Below are positions 57,980-64,000 of a DNA stretch of 64,000 bases, in pieces; the stretch's first letter is position 1, and the number at the start of each line of letters is the position of its first letter. Made by a program: the position numbers and the translations under genes. This DNA comes from an uncultured Syntrophobacteraceae bacterium (lineage in GTDB: Bacteria; Desulfobacterota; Binatia; UBA9968), in contig CAZNES010000013.1 of assembly GCA_964572145.1 (NCBI GenBank), forward strand, positions 6,529 through 70,528. The letters run 5' to 3'. The notes under the pieces are model-generated. The model was not told the DNA's origin, did no database searches, and worked only from the letters and a program-made list of their open reading frames with translations.

Positions 57980-59584
57980 TTAACCCTTCAGCAGCTTCAG
58001 CTTGTTCTTCGCGCTCTTGCCGATCTTGGTCCGCGGAACTTTGACCGCGACGTGCTCCAGCAATCCCTTTCCGAGGTCGCGCTCGGCGCCGGGACGTTCG
58101 GCGAAGGTAAAGCCGAGAGAAAAAATATCTTCGGGTTCGAGCTTTTTTTCTTTCTTGAGCGATTCGAGAAGAGGGAAGGCCGAGTTTCGATAGACGTCGA
58201 TGAGCAACTCGACGGCTGGCTGCGGCCGTTGCGGATGCGCCTTCAACTGCGCGAGGGCAAGCAGAAATTTGTGCTCGGGCTTGAATTCGGCGAATTCTTT
58301 CAGCGGCGTTAAGAAGGGGACGGCTTCTTTATACTTTTTGGCTTGGTAGAATTTCGTGCCTTCGGTTGCAAGACGCTGGTACACGTAATCCGCGTCCGCT
58401 TTCTTGAGCACGTGCATGAAGGAATTCTGAATCCGGTCTTCGGCTGTAATCGCCGCTTGCAGCCGTTTCCAGAGTGCATCCAGATTATCCTGCCGCCATT
58501 TTCCCTCGTACGTAAGCAACAGCTCGGCGATGCTCCACGCCTTGCTTGGGTCTGCGCACGCCAGCAGCTCTTTGATCAACGCCGTACGCGCATCCGGAAT
58601 CTTGTGCAAAGAGTAAGCGGCGATGTCGCGCCGCCGGTAATCGGGATCGCCTAGCTGGTCGATCAGCGTGCGCACCGTCGCCGGCGTGCCGACATCCCCC
58701 ATCTTGCGCAGCGCGAATTGCTGCACGGCGCCATGTGGACTTCCCATCAGGCGCGACAGCGTTACGCGGGAGTCTTCCGGAAGATCGTGCGCGTCGAGCA
58801 ATTCCAGCGCCAGACGCGAAACTTCGGAGAATTCCGTTTCTTCGAGCACAGAGAAAAGCTTCGCGTACTCGTCCTTGCGTAAATCTTCTTTCCCCAGGCA
58901 ATGGAATAAAGCGGCGAGAGCATGAGAGCGGAGAGCCGGATGATGCTCGCGCCCGACAAAACCAAAGAGCCCTTTGCGAGCCTGCGGACGGCCGATCTGT
59001 CCCATCAGGCGAAGCGCAGAGATCACCGCGGGCCGCTGCTGCTTCGCGTCGAGCTTCGCCGCGAATTTCTCGACTTCACCGTAGAGCAGCTCCTGTTCTT
59101 TCGTCTCCATCTCACGGACCCAGGGCGTCATCAAGTCACAAATGGTTTTGTTGAATTCGTCGGTCCCGGCGGCGAGCATATGCAGCAACGCCTTCAAGGC
59201 CGCTTTCCCGCGAATCGCGCACAGAACCCGCGCCGCGTTCAATTGCCACGCGCGCGATGCGGCCGGCACAGATTGAAGCAGCGGTTGCAGCGCCGTCTCG
59301 CCGGCCCGGCTCAGCAACCGAACCGTGCGCTCTTGTATCTCTTTCTCGGGGTCGTCGAGAAATCGAGACATAAGTGAAGCGGCAGCCTTGGGTTGGACGT
59401 CCTCAAAGTATCGGAGGGCAAAGTCTTTCAACACTGGATTGGGCTGAGCCAAGATTGCGGCGACAGCTTTAACGATCTGGGCGTTTTCCACCTTGAGAGC
59501 GGTCAACACCAGCAGCGCCGCGCAGCGATGCTCGACGGTGCCCTTGTCGACGAGAGTAAGGAGTCGTTCGAGGATGTTGTCCAT
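57980..59584 (-). CDS. HEAT-repeat protein with TPR-like C-terminus
   Basis: Helical repeats such as FLDDPEKEIQERTVRLL and QLGDPDYRRRDIAAYSL. Confidence 0.8.
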   Translation of the reverse strand: MDNILERLLTLVDKGTVEHRCAALLVLTALKVENAQIVKAVAAILAQPNPVLKDFALRYFEDVQPKAAASLMSRFLDDPEKEIQERTVRLLSRAGETALQPLLQSVPAASRAWQLNAARVLCAIRGKAALKALLHMLAAGTDEFNKTICDLMTPWVREMETKEQELLYGEVEKFAAKLDAKQQRPAVISALRLMGQIGRPQARKGLFGFVGREHHPALRSHALAALFHCLGKEDLRKDEYAKLFSVLEETEFSEVSRLALELLDAHDLPEDSRVTLSRLMGSPHGAVQQFALRKMGDVGTPATVRTLIDQLGDPDYRRRDIAAYSLHKIPDARTALIKELLACADPSKAWSIAELLLTYEGKWRQDNLDALWKRLQAAITAEDRIQNSFMHVLKKADADYVYQRLATEGTKFYQAKKYKEAVPFLTPLKEFAEFKPEHKFLLALAQLKAHPQRPQPAVELLIDVYRNSAFPLLESLKKEKKLEPEDIFSLGFTFAERPGAERDLGKGLLEHVAVKVPRTKIGKSAKNKLKLLKG

Positions 59585-59587
59585 TAA

Positions 59588-60436
59588 CTAGAAGAACGCC
59601 AACGCGCGAATTTCTATGCTTTCGCGCGGCGGCGCATCGGGCGGGCTGGTCGGGTCGTCGAAAGAGGCGTGCGCCGTCCAGCGCGCGCGGCCGTCCTTCG
59701 CGGAATCGTAAGTCTTGAAGACAATCGCCTCGTTTCTCTGCATGTGCGGAAAATAAAACCACCGGTGATCGGGGTTGTAGGTGATGTGGTAAATCTCGCC
59801 GACGCGATCGGGATATTTCCGCTCGGTCGCGATCAGATCCTTCATCGGCAGGCTCCGCGCGTCGGCAATCGCGACCGGCGCGCTCTCCACCGGCTTGCGA
59901 ATCGGGCGCCACGTTTGAATGACCGCAAACCGCCGCTGGAGCAGCGTCTCCGCCTCGGCCGGCAACAAATCGCGCACGCGCTGCGGGCCGGACCACTCGG
60001 TGTAGTCGTTGTGCACCCGCCGGACCGGCTCGCGGACTTTCTTTTCTTCGCGCGTCGCGTCGTCCTCGGCTCGCAGAGTGTGGTCGAAGATCAGAACTCT
60101 CGACGCGCCGGACACATCCTTGATCAGCCGCTCCATTTCCGGATAGTAGACCGAGCGGACCTGTCCTTCATCGTAGAAATCGGAGACCTTCGTTTCGTGA
60201 TTGATAAAGGTGAATCCTTCCCGCTCGAGTGAGAGACGATCGCGAATAAGCCGGCCGTTGTGGATGGTCGCTGGTCGTTCCTCGTACTTGCCCGTGTGCT
60301 GTACGGGGGTCGTGCCGGGTGCGTTTGACTGGCTCACCGGCTTATCTCCGGTGTCGACGAGATAGTTGAGAGATGCCTCGACGAAATCGAAAGACTGCTC
60401 TTGTTTTCCCGGTCGCGCCATTACGATCTTTGCCAT
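59588..60436 (-). CDS. CmcJ/NvfI-family oxidoreductase
   Basis: FDHTLR, VHNDYT, WRPI, HRWFYFP, KTYDS, HASF, RESIEIR. Confidence 0.88.
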   Translation of the reverse strand: MAKIVMARPGKQEQSFDFVEASLNYLVDTGDKPVSQSNAPGTTPVQHTGKYEERPATIHNGRLIRDRLSLEREGFTFINHETKVSDFYDEGQVRSVYYPEMERLIKDVSGASRVLIFDHTLRAEDDATREEKKVREPVRRVHNDYTEWSGPQRVRDLLPAEAETLLQRRFAVIQTWRPIRKPVESAPVAIADARSLPMKDLIATERKYPDRVGEIYHITYNPDHRWFYFPHMQRNEAIVFKTYDSAKDGRARWTAHASFDDPTSPPDAPPRESIEIRALAFF

Positions 60437-60524
60437 ACCTCTGCTCGGCGCATATGTCAACGTTCCAGCGAACCATTATCCTCTTGACGGACGGCTCTAT
60501 GCTGTATTACCGAGATGAAACATC

Positions 60525-62780
60525 ATGGCTGAACTCAGGATAGTCGGCGCTGCGGTTCCGCGGGCGGAAGGCGCCGACAAAGTCAGCGGCCGGACCCTTT
60601 ACGCCGCCGACGTCAAGCTCCCCGGATTGCTCTGGGGAAAAATTCTCCGCAGCCCATATCCGCACGCTCGCATCCGCCGCATCGACGCCGCGAAAGCCCG
60701 CCAAGTGCGGGGGGTAAAAGCGGTCGTCACCGGTCCGGAGATCCCGGGTCGGTTCGTGGGCAAGATGATCCGCGATATGCCGGTCCTCTGCTGGGATGTG
60801 GTGCGCTATATCGGCGATAGAGTCGCCGCTGTGGCCGCCGATACGCTCGAAGCCGCCGAAGCGGCCTTGGATCTCATCCACGTCGAGTACGAACAGCTGC
60901 AAGCGATCTTCGACCCGCTGGAGGCGATGGACTCAAAGGCGCCGCGCATCCACGAAGATGTCGCAAGTTATGACGGCGCTCCCAAAGAACGGCTGGCATT
61001 GGACGTGCACAACGGGCTTACCCGCCTCTCCTGGCGCAAAGGCGACGTCGAGCGGGGCTTTCGCGAGGCCGATCTGGTTTTGGAGCATACCTTTCGCATC
61101 CCGGCCCGGCACCAGGGATACATCGAGCCTCACGCCGGCGTTGTCGCCATCGACTCCGACGGCCGGATCCAGGTATGGGTCTCGGCAAAAAATCCCTTCG
61201 GCATCCGCACTCAGTTGGCCAAGGCGATCGGCGTCGGTGAAGAGCGCATCCGCGTCAACGTCGTCAACGTGGGCGGAGAATTCGGCGGCAAGGGAGACGC
61301 CTTCGATCTGCCCGTCGCGTACTTCCTGGCGCGACAAGCGGGCCGGCCGGTGAAGATCGTCATGACCTATGCCGAGGAGTTGACGGCGAGCAACCCGGCG
61401 CATCCGACGGTGATCACCGTGCGCAGTGGAGTAAAGCGCGACGGCCGCATCGTCGCCCGCACTCTGCGCGCGATCCACGCGAGCGGCGCCTACGGGGCGC
61501 TCAAGTCCAACGCCTCTCTGGCCACGTGGCATTACGCCGGCGGGCCGTACCGCGTCGAGAATGCTGTCTGCGAATTTCTTCAGGTCTACACGAACACGGT
61601 TCCCGGCGGGTATTATCGCAGCCCCGGCTCCGTGGCGACGTTCTTCGCGCTGGAGTCCCACACGGATATCATCGCCAAAGAGCTACGCATGGACCCGGCG
61701 GAATTTCGCTTGAACAATTTGATCCGCGACGGCGAAGAGGACGCCGTGGGCCAGCGCGTGCGTAGCGTGCGATTTCGCGAGGTCCTTCAGGCGGCCCTGG
61801 ACGCTGCCGCGTGGAATAAGCCCAAACCGAATTCCCATTTCGGCCGCGGCATCGCTCTGTTCGGACGTCACATCAGCGGCGGCGACACGGGGATCATACT
61901 TACCGCCGAGCCCGACGCCACGTTCACGGTGGTGAGCCCGACCGTCGACCAGGGCGCGGGCACGCACACGATCTTGCGACAACTTGTCGCCGAGGAGATG
62001 GGAGTTCCCGTGGAACAGGTGCGCGTAGTCGTCGGCGATACCGACATTGCGCCCCGCGACAGCGGCGCGCGGGCGAGCCGGGTGACTTTTGTCGCGGGCC
62101 GCGCCGTGGTGCGGGCGTGCGGCGAGCTGCGGGAGCAGCTATCGACTCATGCCGCGCGCATGTTGGAGTGCGCGCCGGACGAGCTCGAGTTCCGTGACGG
62201 CAAGTTCCGCCTGCGGCAAGATCCCAACCAGCAAGTGAGTTTGAGAAGAGCAGTGGCCCGCGCCGGGCCGGGCGCGACCGTCACCGTTCATGAGGATCTG
62301 CCGCCGCCCGACGACGTGACCTACACCTGCGCGCAGATCGCCGAGGTCGAAGTCGATCACGAGACGGGCAAGGTGCGGTTACATCGCCTCGTCACCGCGC
62401 ACGACGTGGGCACGATCATCAACCCCGTCACCCACCAAGGCCAGATCGACGGCGGCGCGATCATGGGCTGCGGCCAAGCCCTTATGGAGGAGCTGGTCCT
62501 CGACGGCGGCCAGGTCATCAATGCGAGCCTCGGTGACTATAAGCTCCCGACGGCCGCCGACATTCCCGAGCTGCGGACCGTGCTCGTGCGCTCCGGGGGC
62601 GGCCTCGCGCCTTATGAGGCCAAGGCCATCGGAGAATTCGCCAACAACGCTCCTCCTGCAGCAATCGCTAACGCGGTGGCCGATGCCGCAGGCGTGCGTC
62701 TGTTCGAGCTGCCCATCACCGCGGAAAAGGTCTACGATGCTCTCAAAGCCGGCCGCAGGAGGAACCATGAAAAGCGGTAA
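60525..62780 (+). CDS. Xanthine dehydrogenase-family molybdopterin-binding subunit
   Basis: LRSPYPHARI, QGYIEP, VGGEFGGK, DQGAG, GQIDGG, KAIGE. Confidence 0.92.
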   Translation: MAELRIVGAAVPRAEGADKVSGRTLYAADVKLPGLLWGKILRSPYPHARIRRIDAAKARQVRGVKAVVTGPEIPGRFVGKMIRDMPVLCWDVVRYIGDRVAAVAADTLEAAEAALDLIHVEYEQLQAIFDPLEAMDSKAPRIHEDVASYDGAPKERLALDVHNGLTRLSWRKGDVERGFREADLVLEHTFRIPARHQGYIEPHAGVVAIDSDGRIQVWVSAKNPFGIRTQLAKAIGVGEERIRVNVVNVGGEFGGKGDAFDLPVAYFLARQAGRPVKIVMTYAEELTASNPAHPTVITVRSGVKRDGRIVARTLRAIHASGAYGALKSNASLATWHYAGGPYRVENAVCEFLQVYTNTVPGGYYRSPGSVATFFALESHTDIIAKELRMDPAEFRLNNLIRDGEEDAVGQRVRSVRFREVLQAALDAAAWNKPKPNSHFGRGIALFGRHISGGDTGIILTAEPDATFTVVSPTVDQGAGTHTILRQLVAEEMGVPVEQVRVVVGDTDIAPRDSGARASRVTFVAGRAVVRACGELREQLSTHAARMLECAPDELEFRDGKFRLRQDPNQQVSLRRAVARAGPGATVTVHEDLPPPDDVTYTCAQIAEVEVDHETGKVRLHRLVTAHDVGTIINPVTHQGQIDGGAIMGCGQALMEELVLDGGQVINASLGDYKLPTAADIPELRTVLVRSGGGLAPYEAKAIGEFANNAPPAAIANAVADAAGVRLFELPITAEKVYDALKAGRRRNHEKR

Positions 62781-63741
62781 AGTCTGCGCTCTTTTGATCC
62801 TTATTCTGCTCGCTCAAGTCTACACACCGCACGCGGCAATCGGCCAGGAGAAGGTTCGCATCGGCGTGCCGTTGTTTCCGACGGTTTCCTTTCCGGTATT
62901 TATCGCACAGGAGAAAGGCTTTTTTGAGAAGAACGGCTTGAGGGCGGAAATTATTCGGATCAACAGCGAGCCGACGACTTATCAGGCGTTGATTTCGGGA
63001 GACATCGACGCTACCTCCGGAGCGCCGACCGGCCTGGTGCAATCCAACTTGCAGGGTGTGCCGGTGGTTTCGCTCGGAAGTTGGGACAATCTGGTTTCAT
63101 ACACCATGATGACGCGGGAAAAGATCGACGACCTGGCGCAGTTGAAAGGAAAAAAAATCGGCATCAATCGACTCGGAGGCAAATCGTCGCTCATCCTTCG
63201 TGTCATGCTGGAGGAAGCCGGCCTCAACTCGATGAAGGACGTTACTTTGCTGCAACTCGGCGGCTCTCAGGAAAGGCTGGCGGCTCTCATGAGAGGGGGC
63301 ATCGACGCGGCGCCGGTCGATTTCGCCTTTGAGCTCAAAATGAAACAGATGGGGTTTTTTCTCGTCACGGGCAAGAAGATCCCGTTCATGAACGGCCCCA
63401 TCACCGTGAAGAGTTCTTCTCTACAGTCGAATCGTCCTAAATGGGTGAGGTTCGTCAAGGCATATCTGGAAGCGACCTACTACCTGACGACGAATAAAGA
63501 AGGCTCGGTGGAAGTTCTACGGCGCGCCATCCATATCGACGACAAGGAAACGCTCGATTTTGCCTACGAGCAGATGCGCATACGCGCGACCGTCGATCTG
63601 GTCGCGCCGGACGCGGCCGTCGAGAACCTGATAAAAATGGTTGCCTACGTCGACAAGCGCGCGTCGTCTATAGAAAAGAGCAAGCTCACGGATTATTCCA
63701 TCTTGAAGGAGTTGGGGCAGGGCAAACTGTTGAAGAAATAG
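62767..63741 (+). CDS. ABC substrate-binding protein (NitT/TauT)
   Basis: Signal peptide, EKGFFEKNGL, LKGKKIG; start reset to MKSGK. Confidence 0.88.
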   Translation: MKSGKVCALLILILLAQVYTPHAAIGQEKVRIGVPLFPTVSFPVFIAQEKGFFEKNGLRAEIIRINSEPTTYQALISGDIDATSGAPTGLVQSNLQGVPVVSLGSWDNLVSYTMMTREKIDDLAQLKGKKIGINRLGGKSSLILRVMLEEAGLNSMKDVTLLQLGGSQERLAALMRGGIDAAPVDFAFELKMKQMGFFLVTGKKIPFMNGPITVKSSSLQSNRPKWVRFVKAYLEATYYLTTNKEGSVEVLRRAIHIDDKETLDFAYEQMRIRATVDLVAPDAAVENLIKMVAYVDKRASSIEKSKLTDYSILKELGQGKLLKK

Positions 63742-63794
63742 GAGTGATGGATTCCTCTCCCCAACACTCCAGTACTCCAATACTCCAGTGCTCC
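63741..63794. repeat. Octamer tandem-repeat inverted element
   Basis: GGAGTGATGG ... AACACTCC AGTACTCC AATACTCC AGTGCTCC. Confidence 0.7.
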
Positions 63795-63805
63795 AAAGTA
63801 ATGCC

Positions 63806-64000
63806 ATGAGCGAGGTTCGTTTCGTCGACACCACGCTCCGCGACGGCCAGCAGAGTCTCTGGGCGATGGGGATGAGGACCGGGGCGATGCTCGCCATAGC
63901 CGAGCAGATGGATCGGGTGGGGTTCGAGTCGATGGAGTTTTTCGTCTCGATCATGATCAAGAAATACGTGCGCGAGCACAAAGAGAATCCGTGGGTGTGG
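63806..64000 (+). CDS. Pyruvate carboxylase subunit B / oxaloacetate decarboxylase alpha-like protein (partial)
   Basis: Manual translation MSEVRFVDTTLRDGQQSLWA...ENPW; runs off the window. Confidence 0.85.
   Translation, partial: MSEVRFVDTTLRDGQQSLWAMGMRTGAMLAIAEQMDRVGFESMEFFVSIMIKKYVREHKENPWVW

Overview
GC-rich bacterial chromosomal window, almost entirely protein-coding. I see no rRNA, tRNA, CRISPR array, integrase or transposase. The many orphan NitT/TauT, TTT and Fe3+-type solute-binding proteins, amidohydrolases, LLM and cupin enzymes resemble Candidatus Binatia (Binatota); this assignment is inference only. Layout: (1) 1-5169, a type I restriction-modification locus (hsdR, then hsdM running off the edge) with an AbiEi/AbiEii type IV toxin-antitoxin pair and two operator palindromes between the subunits; (2) 5.4-16 kb, an orphan OmcA/MtrC-type decaheme cytochrome, rlmD, an alpha-hydroxy-acid oxidase, an RRM protein and typA; (3) 16-54.5 kb, catabolic operons, including a LeuCD-like hydratase plus ICL/PEP-mutase-family lyase with altered catalytic motifs, a DhbE-like aryl-acid ligase operon, an ATP-grasp plus M20 peptidase pair, and a double-cupin/aldolase/decarboxylase/ABC cluster; (4) 54.6-57.9 kb, a defence islet (DUF2283-type TA, AIPR, RelE/ParE TA) containing a degenerate copy of the 3' end of the neighbouring HEAT-repeat gene; (5) HEAT-repeat protein, CmcJ/NvfI oxidoreductase, orphan molybdopterin subunit, an SBP and a partial pyruvate-carboxylase-B-like gene. 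Many intergenic gaps hold short tandem repeats (6-9 nt units), often as inverted arms, plus two MITE-like elements and a GTAG REP. All product calls come from motif recognition by eye, with no database searches.
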